This document shows, in pieces, positions 42,950 through 50,220 of a stretch of 50,429 nt of DNA. The position numbers and the translations under genes are program-made. Within the stretch, counting starts at the first letter, position 1; each line of letters begins with the position of its first letter. Below the pieces are notes generated by a model. The model made no database searches. It saw only the letters and a program-made list of their open reading frames with translations, and had not been told where the DNA came from. Source of the stretch: Thermoplasmata archaeon (GTDB taxonomy: Archaea > Thermoplasmatota > Thermoplasmata > Lutacidiplasmatales > UBA184); the NCBI GenBank assembly GCA_035624925.1, contig DASPQN010000061.1:1-50429 (forward strand), given 5' to 3'.

Positions 42950-44623
42950 CTAAGCCGGGCCTTCCTCCGTGACGACCTCACGTCGCGCGGACCCGGGAGG
43001 TCCCGCAAACGAACCCCCATCCGACGGCACGAGCTCGATGACCTCCGGCCGACCGAGGTACACGGCGACCATGGCGAACAGGAGGAACAGGTCCATCAGC
43101 AGCAGCCCGAAGCCGAACACCCACGCCGCCGGACTGCCGGTGGCCGTGGTGTAGTAGACGTAGATGTACCCGGAGACGACGGCGATGAGCGTGCCGAAGA
43201 TCGCGAACGCCGCCGCCGCGGTCCGGGCGGACCTCTTGTCCTGATAGAGGTCGACGGCCAGCAGCGCCATGCAGACGAGCGGGATCCCGATGAGGGCGAA
43301 GTACTGCAGGTTCCCGAACACCACGTCGGGAGGGTTGTTGTGCAGGGTGGCCTCATGGAACTCGATGTAGAACCCTTGGACCGGGGTCGCGAGGAAGGTG
43401 AGGACCCAGGTCCCCAGGATCGCGGCGCGGACCGGATCCCGGAACGCCGGTCGCCCGTTGAGCCGGGTGTAGAGTAGCGGGACGATCAAGATCATGGCAC
43501 CCAGCGAGGCCCACAGCATCGTGGTGTCGTCCGACGCCATTCCGTTCGCCGCGGTGTAGGAGTAGAACTGGAGAGAGCCGCCAGGGTTGCTCGCGAAGAG
43601 GGCCGGCGGGACCCCGCCGGGGAAGACCGTGGTGTAGGCCTCCAAGAAGAACATGACGCTGAGTGCGATCACCCCGGTGATCCCGACCCACAGGCCGACC
43701 AATGCCACCTTTCTCTGCCACCCTGCGAGGGCCAGAACGTTGAACCGCTTCGCGACCACGGCGGCGACGCCGAGGAGCAGCGCCATGACGATCGCGTGGG
43801 AATGCGAGCCGAGCGTGGTGCCCAGCACCTGCTGCGGTCCGCCGAGCCAGCTGATGTAGCCGCCCAAGAACTTCGGGGAGACGCCGATGTCGATGACGAA
43901 GTAGTTCATCCAGAAGACGACGAACCCGGTGACCCCGGCGATGAACGCCGCGATCACGGTCGTGAACGTCAGCCAGTACGTGGAGTCCATCTTGCGGAAG
44001 TCCTTCCACGAGGGAAGGGTGCTCCACCTGGGGATCATCCCGAACCGGTTCTGGCTCGGGTCGTAACTCCCTGCCAGCTTCCCCGGAAGGAGGTACAGCT
44101 GGACGAGCAGGGCCCCTCCGACGTCGGCGAGCAGGATGAGACCGAGCAGGATGAGGCCGAGGGGTATCGGCGCCAGCTCCTGCGTGAAGACCGGCCTCAG
44201 GTAGAAGAACGCCCCCACCGCGCCGATCACCGTGGCCGTGAGAGCCCGGTAGCAGAGGGGGAAGTCGATCGCCGGTTCGTACCGGTCCAGGTCGAAGACG
44301 AGGACCACGAAGTAGACCCCCAGGGCGGCCATGCCGATGGCGATCGAATGGAAGTAGAGGTCCGACGCGCCGAACCCGAAGGCCGGTGGCAGGCTGCCCT
44401 GAGCTCCCGAGCCTAGGCCCACGACGAAGTAGAGGGCCGACATGACCCCGATGACGAGCAGCGTGACCCAGACGTAGGTCTTGTTGGGGTGGAGGTAACC
44501 CCTCTTGGTCATGAGGTAGCGGCTGAGCTTCTTCGGAGGGTACCCCGGTACCTGACCCGGGCCGGGGGGCTCTCCGTCCGCTGGGCCGGATCCTCCCGGG
44601 GGGTCGGGCGCTGTCGGCGGCAT
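42950..44623 (-). CDS. orphan 12-TM membrane protein with six histidines (function unknown)
   Basis: 557 aa, ATG 44623, high GC3. By eye there are about 12 hydrophobic helices and a K/R-rich N-terminus. His at positions 45, 92 (LYFHSIAIG), 274/276 (LGSHSHAIV) and 423/428 (EFHEATLH). No family recognised. TATA-like gtaaatg (44649-44655) lies about 28 nt upstream. Confidence 0.8.
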   Translation of the reverse strand: MPPTAPDPPGGSGPADGEPPGPGQVPGYPPKKLSRYLMTKRGYLHPNKTYVWVTLLVIGVMSALYFVVGLGSGAQGSLPPAFGFGASDLYFHSIAIGMAALGVYFVVLVFDLDRYEPAIDFPLCYRALTATVIGAVGAFFYLRPVFTQELAPIPLGLILLGLILLADVGGALLVQLYLLPGKLAGSYDPSQNRFGMIPRWSTLPSWKDFRKMDSTYWLTFTTVIAAFIAGVTGFVVFWMNYFVIDIGVSPKFLGGYISWLGGPQQVLGTTLGSHSHAIVMALLLGVAAVVAKRFNVLALAGWQRKVALVGLWVGITGVIALSVMFFLEAYTTVFPGGVPPALFASNPGGSLQFYSYTAANGMASDDTTMLWASLGAMILIVPLLYTRLNGRPAFRDPVRAAILGTWVLTFLATPVQGFYIEFHEATLHNNPPDVVFGNLQYFALIGIPLVCMALLAVDLYQDKRSARTAAAAFAIFGTLIAVVSGYIYVYYTTATGSPAAWVFGFGLLLMDLFLLFAMVAVYLGRPEVIELVPSDGGSFAGPPGSARREVVTEEGPA

Positions 44624-44648
44624 GTTATACCTTCACCCGGTCCCACGA

Positions 44649-44655
44649 GTAAATG
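44649..44655 (-). promoter_or_regulatory. TATA-like box for the 12-TM protein gene
   Basis: Plus gtaaatg = minus CATTTAC, centred about 28 nt upstream of ATG 44623. Confidence 0.35.
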
Positions 44656-44900
44656 CCTCAGTCAATTGTGATTCACTTCCACGCATCGTGAACCGTCGGA
44701 CGGGGCGGTTGTGCGTCCCTCCCTCGCCTTTGCGCAACCTCTCGGTTCCCGGGGCGTGGGGCAGGTTCTGCGACCCCTCCGATCCTCGGGGGAGCGCCAA
44801 GCGCTGGCGGCCAGGCCTTACCGAGCCCGCCGTAGGTTCTCACGAGGGGGATCTCTCCTCTTCCAGTACCGGCTCGCCATGAACGTGGTTTAACGGAGCG

Positions 44901-44908
44901 TTTAAAAA
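44901..44908 (+). promoter_or_regulatory. TATA box for the 7-TM protein gene
   Basis: tttaaaaa is the most A/T-rich octamer I noticed in the window, centred about 26 nt upstream of GTG 44931. Confidence 0.5.
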
Positions 44909-44930
44909 CCTGCATCAGCACCGAGGTGGC

Positions 44931-45617
44931 GTGGGCGCCGAGTTCTGGGCCACCGTGGCCTCGCTGCTCCTCCTCTTCGCGCTGTTGGCCGTGCTCTGCG
45001 CCCGGGGCCTCGTTCGGTACGTGAAGGCGAGAGCGGTGCAGGAGCTGCCGTGGGCCGGCGGCCTCGGGTTGGCCGCCGCTGCGATGGCCGTCGAGACGGC
45101 GGTGTACCTCGGCATGGTCACCGTGCCTCTCATGGACGCCTACGTGTTCCTATCCGCGGCCATCGTCGGGGTCCTATCGCTCGGGGCGACCCATGTCTTC
45201 CACCGTCGGCGCGTCGAGCGAAGCTACGCGGCTTACGTCCTGTCCGCGTGCGCGCTGGTAGCCGTCTTCAGCTTCTTGACCCCGCCACCGAGCGGCATGG
45301 TGACGAACGGCGTCTTCACCGGCAATCCGTCGTTCCTGCTCCTCGTCCTCTCCTCGCTGGTGACGTTCCCGGCCACGGCCGTCCTGCTTTCGGCCGCCGT
45401 CATCGCTCTGCGACGCTCTCGCCGGTGGCAAACGCTCCTGATGATCGCGGGGGCGCTGATCCTCGGAACCGGAGGGACACTCTACATCGCCTCCTTCCCC
45501 GTGGCCTTGTACTACACGGAGTTCGTTGGCATCGTCCTGCTCTTCCTCGGGTTGGTGAGCCTTCCCCATCCTTCGACGACCTCCGTGGTGACCCCCACCC
45601 CCGGTGCTCTGACCTAG
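44931..45617 (+). CDS. 7-TM membrane protein, hypothetical
   Basis: 228 aa, GTG start, high GC3, seven hydrophobic segments by eye. No Lys in the last helix, so it is not a rhodopsin. Confidence 0.7.
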   Translation: MGAEFWATVASLLLLFALLAVLCARGLVRYVKARAVQELPWAGGLGLAAAAMAVETAVYLGMVTVPLMDAYVFLSAAIVGVLSLGATHVFHRRRVERSYAAYVLSACALVAVFSFLTPPPSGMVTNGVFTGNPSFLLLVLSSLVTFPATAVLLSAAVIALRRSRRWQTLLMIAGALILGTGGTLYIASFPVALYYTEFVGIVLLFLGLVSLPHPSTTSVVTPTPGALT

Positions 45618-46029
45618 CCCGGCAGGGCAATCGCTGACAGGATCCCGGGGAGGCTCTCCCGGCGTCGCTGGAGGGTGCCCCGTACGGCACGACCCAGCCC
45701 ATAGCCCAAGGACACGGGCGGCAGCCCAGCGCGAGGGATTCCTGCGCCCGTGCCTCTCGTCGGAATGGTGAGCGGCCGGCCCCACCCAGGTTCCGGCCGT
45801 TCGGCCCACCTACCCAGGCTTCGTCGACCGGTCGAGGGTCGGGAGAGGTCACTCATCACGGCTCCGACCCCGGGCCGGTCGAAGCCGTCCGCCGGTCGGG
45901 CGTCGGGACCTCGCTGCCCATGGGTCCCGAGGCGGACCCGGCGAGCAAGCGGGCGAGGTCGGTCCCGTGGAAGGCCCGGTGTGCTGCCGCGCGCGGTCGT
46001 GACCGACGCGGGAGCCGGACGGGCCGCCC

Positions 46030-47991
46030 TCAGCGCGACGCCGACGAAGGAGGTCTCGGCCTCGGGTCCGTGGGCAGGTCGTAGGTGTGTAGCAGGGCAA
46101 CGAAACGCGGGTCGCCCCATACCGAGTCGAACCAGGGTCCCCGGTAGTAGAGCCACAGGACCGCGTCGCCCTCCCGGAGCGCTTTCTCGAGAAGGCCGAG
46201 GGCCCGCTCGCGCTCGCCGAGCGCGGCGCACAGCATGGCGAGATGCGTGTCCGAGATGTACGTCTTCGCCTCCCCGCGTTCCACCGTGGCCACGTAGGCC
46301 CGACCGGTCTCCGGCCGTCCGACCAACGCGTTGAGCAGGGCATGGTCGTACGGTCCGTCCGGGGAGTTGCCGGGCGGGACGTCCGCCTCGCGCCGGGCCT
46401 CCGACAGTCGCCCGGCGGCGAGGCAGAACATCCCGCGGATGATATGGAGCCCGTTCGACGACGGGTCGCGCTCGAGCGCCTCGTCGACGTAGGCGATCGC
46501 CTCGTCGAACTTCCCGGCGTAGACGGCCGCGAGCGCCAGCGTCATCCGGTGGGTCCCTCCCGGGTCCAGGCGGACCGCCCGCTGGAGGAGCTCCGTCGCC
46601 TCGTCGAACCTCCCGAGGGCGATCAGCATCAACCCAAGGAACTGGTGGGCCCTCACGTTGCTCGGGTTGAGCGCGATCGCCGTGCGGAACTCGGCCTCCG
46701 CCCGTGCCCAGTCGTGGTCGGACTGGAACGTGATGTTCGCAAGCGAGGCGTGCGCCTCTGAGGAATCCGGGTCGAGCTGGAGGGCCCGTGCGACCAGCTC
46801 CCGGGCCTTGGGCATGACGTCGCGCATCGGGATGGAGTCGCCGGCGGCGACGACGTACAGCCCCGCCCACGCCGCGAACGCCTCGGCGAACGCCGGGTCC
46901 AGCTCGGTGGCGCGGGTGAAACACCGGACCGCCTCGGCGAGTCGCTCGCCCGGCTCGGTCGCGGCGACCAGCCCCCGGAGGTACAGGTCGTACGCCTCCG
47001 GGTTCGAGGTCAGCCGACGCCCTCCTCCCGGGGTCGACCGCGCGGCGAGCCGGAGCCGCAGCGCCTCCGCCGTGCTCTCGGCGATGTCGCTCTGGACGGC
47101 GAACACGTCGTCGACCTCACGATTGTAGCTGCTCGCCCAGATGTGGCGCTGGGTCGCCACGTCGATCAGCTGGAGGGTGATGCGGATCCGGTTCCCGGCC
47201 TTGCGCACGCTGCCCTCGAGGACCGACTCAACGGCCAGCTCCGCCCCGACCTGGGCGACGGACTTCGGCGCGGTCTTGTACGGCATCACCGACGTCCGGG
47301 CGATGACCCCCAAGCCGGGGACCTGCGAGAGCACGGAGATCAGCTCCTCCGTGAGACCGTCGGCGAAGTAGGCGTCCGCCGGTTCCGCACTGATGTTCGA
47401 GAGCGGAAGGACCGCGAGGTGGTGTTCGGCGTCCGGCCCCGCCGCAGAGAGCTCCGACCCTTCCCCCAGCCAGGTCCGCGCGACCTTGTAGACGCCGACC
47501 GGGAGCTGGATGTTCTTCAGCTCCCGGGGCGGCAGCTTCACCAGCGGGGTGGTCAGCTTGTTCTGGACCTGGTCGAAGACCTGCTGGGTGAGGCAGATCC
47601 CCTCGGGCTCGGCGAGAGGTTCGATCCGCGACGCGATGTTCACCGCATCTCCCAGGACGTCCCCGGCCGACCGCACGACGTCCCCGAGATGGATCCCGAT
47701 CCGGATCCGGATCTTCCAGGCCTCCGTAGACCCCGCGTTGTACTCGTGGAGCGAACGCTGGAGCTCGATCGCGGCGTGGACCGCGTCGAGCGCGCTCTCG
47801 AACTCGACCAGGAACGCATCTCCGACGGTCTTGATTTCGCGCCCCCCGAACCTCGCGAAGACCGGGCGGAGGAGGCGGTTGTGCCGCTCGAGGACCTTCA
47901 GCGCCGCCGTCTCGTCGGCCTGCATCAGCGCGGTGTAACCGACCATGTCGGTGAACATGATCGCCGCAAGCCGTCGCGCCCCGTCTGCCAC
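46030..47991 (-). CDS. class III adenylate/guanylate cyclase - TolB_N-like - TPR protein
   Basis: ORF 46030..48078. Cyclase core RRLAAIMFTDMVGYT, IKTVGDAFLVEF, IGIHLGDVV, GDAVNIASRIE. Then LAVLPLSNIS..ADGLTEELISVLS...IARTS... (TolB N-terminal-like module). Then about 330 aa of TPR. I prefer GTG 47991 (VADGARRLAAIMF...) because cttaactt (minus) is centred about 27 nt upstream. 48078 and 48060 are possible starts. Confidence 0.88.
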   Translation of the reverse strand: MADGARRLAAIMFTDMVGYTALMQADETAALKVLERHNRLLRPVFARFGGREIKTVGDAFLVEFESALDAVHAAIELQRSLHEYNAGSTEAWKIRIRIGIHLGDVVRSAGDVLGDAVNIASRIEPLAEPEGICLTQQVFDQVQNKLTTPLVKLPPRELKNIQLPVGVYKVARTWLGEGSELSAAGPDAEHHLAVLPLSNISAEPADAYFADGLTEELISVLSQVPGLGVIARTSVMPYKTAPKSVAQVGAELAVESVLEGSVRKAGNRIRITLQLIDVATQRHIWASSYNREVDDVFAVQSDIAESTAEALRLRLAARSTPGGGRRLTSNPEAYDLYLRGLVAATEPGERLAEAVRCFTRATELDPAFAEAFAAWAGLYVVAAGDSIPMRDVMPKARELVARALQLDPDSSEAHASLANITFQSDHDWARAEAEFRTAIALNPSNVRAHQFLGLMLIALGRFDEATELLQRAVRLDPGGTHRMTLALAAVYAGKFDEAIAYVDEALERDPSSNGLHIIRGMFCLAAGRLSEARREADVPPGNSPDGPYDHALLNALVGRPETGRAYVATVERGEAKTYISDTHLAMLCAALGERERALGLLEKALREGDAVLWLYYRGPWFDSVWGDPRFVALLHTYDLPTDPRPRPPSSASR

Positions 47992-48013
47992 CTCGCCCGA
48001 ATTCGACCGCGCG

Positions 48014-48021
48014 AAGTTAAG
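48014..48021 (-). promoter_or_regulatory. TATA-like box for the cyclase gene
   Basis: Plus aagttaag = minus CTTAACTT, about 27 nt upstream of in-frame GTG 47991. Confidence 0.35.
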
Positions 48022-48433
48022 CCCTGCCACGGGCGTGGTCCATCTCGCCCCGCGGACCATTGGGGGGCGCCAACGCACGGCGGCAGCCTCCCTCGGGTCG
48101 TCGAGGTCGCGCGCGTGCGTTGGAGAATCCGGCGATCACTCCGTTTCCCCGAGCGCGTGCTGTCGTCCGTACGATAGTCGGTGCACCACCGATAGACGAA
48201 CGGGAGCGGGGCGGAGGATCCGACCCGGGCCCGGTAAACCGGCGGGGGCCACGCTGCCATCGACGTTTTTGGGGTGGGGGCGAGAAGATGACCCCTCGCT
48301 CCCGGCCAGGACCTAGCCCCAGCCGCAAGCGTGGCCGTGACCTCGTCGGGCCGGCTTGTGCCGTCGCCCGTTGGCGGAGTTCGGAGGTCGGACAACCCTC
48401 AAGTAACTCCGACCCCGTCCGGGGCCCGGGACC

Positions 48434-48826
48434 GTGGCGGACCGGGAGGACGACATGAACCTGGATCGCGAGTCGACCGAGGAGAACCCGGCGCAGCTGG
48501 TCGACCGCATCGAAGAGGAGCTCGAGCTGCTCGCGCGTAACGTCGACATCCTCGAGAAGCTGGCGAAGAGCCCTCCGACCGGGATCATCCGTCTGAGCGA
48601 GGCGCTCGGGCTCCCGATCCACAAGACCCGCTACTCGCTCCACCTGCTCGAGCGGGAGGGCGTCATCCAGCCGAGCGCCGACGGGGCTGTCGTCACCGAC
48701 CGGGCCCGGGAGTTCTGGAGCTCGCTCAACCGCTCGCTCGAGAGGATGACCGAGCTGATCCAGCACCTCCGGTCACGGGCGGCCGAGCATCAGGCCCAAC
48801 CACCGGCGGGCCGGAAAGGCTATTAG
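48434..48826 (+). CDS. winged-helix DNA-binding protein (putative transcriptional regulator)
   Basis: 130 aa. GIIRLSEALGLPIHKTRYSLHLLEREGVIQPS looks like a wHTH recognition helix plus wing, with an acidic N-terminus. TATA-like caagtaac lies about 30 nt upstream of ATG 48434. Confidence 0.65.
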   Translation: MADREDDMNLDRESTEENPAQLVDRIEEELELLARNVDILEKLAKSPPTGIIRLSEALGLPIHKTRYSLHLLEREGVIQPSADGAVVTDRAREFWSSLNRSLERMTELIQHLRSRAAEHQAQPPAGRKGY

Positions 48827-48852
48827 ACCGATGCCGGCTCGAGCGCCTCGGT

Positions 48853-48956
48853 GCCGCCGTAGCTCAGCGGCAGAGCGATCGGCTGTTAACCGAAAGGTCA
48901 GCGGTTCGAAAGGTTCGCGGCCGCACGCCGCGTACCCCAAACTCCGCTCGGCGGCG
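48853..48956 (+). tRNA. tRNA-Asn (anticodon GTT) with about 32-nt insertion (putative intron) in the T-loop
   Basis: GCCGCCG-TA-GCTC-AGCGGCA-GAGC-G-ATCGG-CTGTTAA-CCGAA-AGGTC-AGCGG-TTCGAA[32 nt]T-CCGCT-CGGCGGC-G. All arms are canonical once 48911-48942 is removed (72 nt). TATA-like ctattag lies about 30 nt upstream. Confidence 0.8.
48911..48942 (+). other. putative non-canonical tRNA intron (between T-loop positions about 59/60)
   Basis: aggttcgcggccgcacgccgcgtaccccaaac. Contains an internal hairpin CGCGGC-cgcac-GCCGCG. The boundaries can slide by 1 nt because of the flanking A. Confidence 0.6.
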
Positions 48957-48975
48957 CCTCTTCGGCACCGGCTTC

Positions 48976-49051
48976 GGGCCCGTAGCTTAGCCCGGCTCAG
49001 AGCGCCCGGCTCATAACCGGTCGGTCGACGGTTCAAATCCGTCCGGGCCCA
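48976..49051 (+). tRNA. tRNA with CAT anticodon (elongator Met, or Ile2 if C34 is modified)
   Basis: GGGCCCG-TA-GCTT-AGCCCGGCTCA-GAGC-G-CCCGG-CTCATAA-CCGGT-CGGTC-GACGG-TTCAAAT-CCGTC-CGGGCCC-A. G1-C72 and the anticodon stem argue against an initiator. It lies 19 nt after tRNA-Asn. Confidence 0.88.
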
Positions 49052-49097
49052 TCGCCGACCTCACGGGTCGGTCTCGCCCGGGCGGGGCCCCGAGCGA

Positions 49098-49949
49098 TCA
49101 GGCGTCGAGCCTGGAGAGGACCCGGTAGGCCGCCAGGGTGACGATCTTGCTCGGTCGGCCGGCCGCCTCCAGGACGAACGGGATAGGACGCTGGGTGGGG
49201 TGCCGGGCGTACCACCGGGCCATGGGGCCCTCCACATCCGGAGGGACGGCGTCGAGGTTCCAGCGGCCGTCGCGCCGTTGCTTGCGACGAAGGAGGTCGA
49301 GGGCGAAACGCATCCTCCGGTCGCCTCCGTAGCCGAGCGCGGTGAGGATGTCGAGCCCGACAAGCACGTCGTAGTAGTAGTGCACGGGGTAGTGGAACCG
49401 GTACCAGGGGGCATACCGCGCGCCCTGGCGGTGCAGCTCCCGTTCGAGGAAGAACTCGGCGCCGAGCTCGACGCATCGGGTCATGGCGGCCGTCCACCGC
49501 GCCCTGGGGTACGCCGCGAACGCGCTGAGACCCTCCCACGAATCGAGGTTGCGGCCCCGGCCGAAGCACGACCAGCCTCCCTTCGGGTCCGCCGTAGCGA
49601 CCAGCCAGTCGAGGCTGGGTCGGATCCTCGGGTCGTCGACGTATCCGAGGCGGATGAGCGCGCGCGTCATGTTCCCGACCACGCAGTGGTGGCCGGTCCC
49701 CTTCGAGTTCCCCCCGACCCCTCCGCCCTTGAGAGCGAACCGATCCATCCAGAGCTCAGCCGAGCCCCGGACCTCGGGGACCCGTCGGTCCAGCCCCAGG
49801 TCGGAGAGCACGATCATGCGCCAGTTCGTGCTGACGTACTTCGGGGTGTACAAGCTCTGTCCGTTCACCCACCAGCCCTCGGGGTCCCGGCTGCCGAGGA
49901 TCTCGGCCGCGAAGCCGGACGAGGGGATGCGTTGCCGCGCGTCGCGCAC
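49098..49949 (-). CDS. prenyltransferase/squalene-oxidase-repeat (alpha/alpha-toroid, terpene-cyclase-like) protein; N-terminus unresolved
   Basis: 283 aa in the track (GTG 49949). Repeated aromatic/Gly motifs: DPEGWW, DPKGGWSCFG, RRDGRWNL. The frame stays open and protein-like for 55 more codons upstream (..AKAVLDWLLEPSQPAIRYRTLTELLGRPEDDPE) without any ATG/GTG/TTG. See finding. Confidence 0.8.
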   Translation of the reverse strand: MRDARQRIPSSGFAAEILGSRDPEGWWVNGQSLYTPKYVSTNWRMIVLSDLGLDRRVPEVRGSAELWMDRFALKGGGVGGNSKGTGHHCVVGNMTRALIRLGYVDDPRIRPSLDWLVATADPKGGWSCFGRGRNLDSWEGLSAFAAYPRARWTAAMTRCVELGAEFFLERELHRQGARYAPWYRFHYPVHYYYDVLVGLDILTALGYGGDRRMRFALDLLRRKQRRDGRWNLDAVPPDVEGPMARWYARHPTQRPIPFVLEAAGRPSKIVTLAAYRVLSRLDA

Positions 49950-50191
49950 CTCGGGGTCGTCCTCCGGGCGACCGAGCAGCTCGGTCAGGGTCCGGTACCG
50001 TATCGCCGGTTGGGAAGGTTCGAGCAGCCAGTCGAGGACCGCCTTGGCTGGTCGGACCCCCCTGGCCCTGCGCGTCGTGAACGTCGCCCCGGACCGGCGA
50101 CGGCCGGGCCGAATTTAGCGCCGACATGCCGGCAGGGGGCCCGCTCCCTCCGCTGCCGAGCTCGCCAGCGGCCCATCGGCCCGGGCACGAA

Positions 50192-50199
50192 CTAAATAG
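50192..50199 (+). promoter_or_regulatory. TATA-like box for the right-edge membrane protein gene
   Basis: ctaaatag, centred about 26 nt upstream of ATG 50221. Confidence 0.4.
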
Positions 50200-50220
50200 G
50201 TACCGGCCGGTCGGGGGACG

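Noticed and set aside
42950-44623. Calling the 12-TM protein a bona fide heme-copper oxidase subunit I.
   Set aside because: It lacks the GHPEVY (TM6) motif, the adjacent HH pair in TM7 and the HFHY motif in TM10. No subunit II/cupredoxin gene is nearby. Only size, TM count, His placement and ctaB linkage are reminiscent.
44931-45617. 7-TM protein as a microbial rhodopsin.
   Set aside because: There is no Lys in the seventh helix for a retinal Schiff base and no DxxxK/RYxDW-type motifs.
46030-48078. Reading the cyclase as a Pycsar/CBASS-like antiviral signalling enzyme.
   Set aside because: No effector gene (TIR, TM, nuclease, patatin) lies in an operon with it. The downstream neighbour is convergent and 412 nt away. 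The TolB_N-TPR architecture is typical of housekeeping-type signalling cyclases, not the short Pycsar cyclases.
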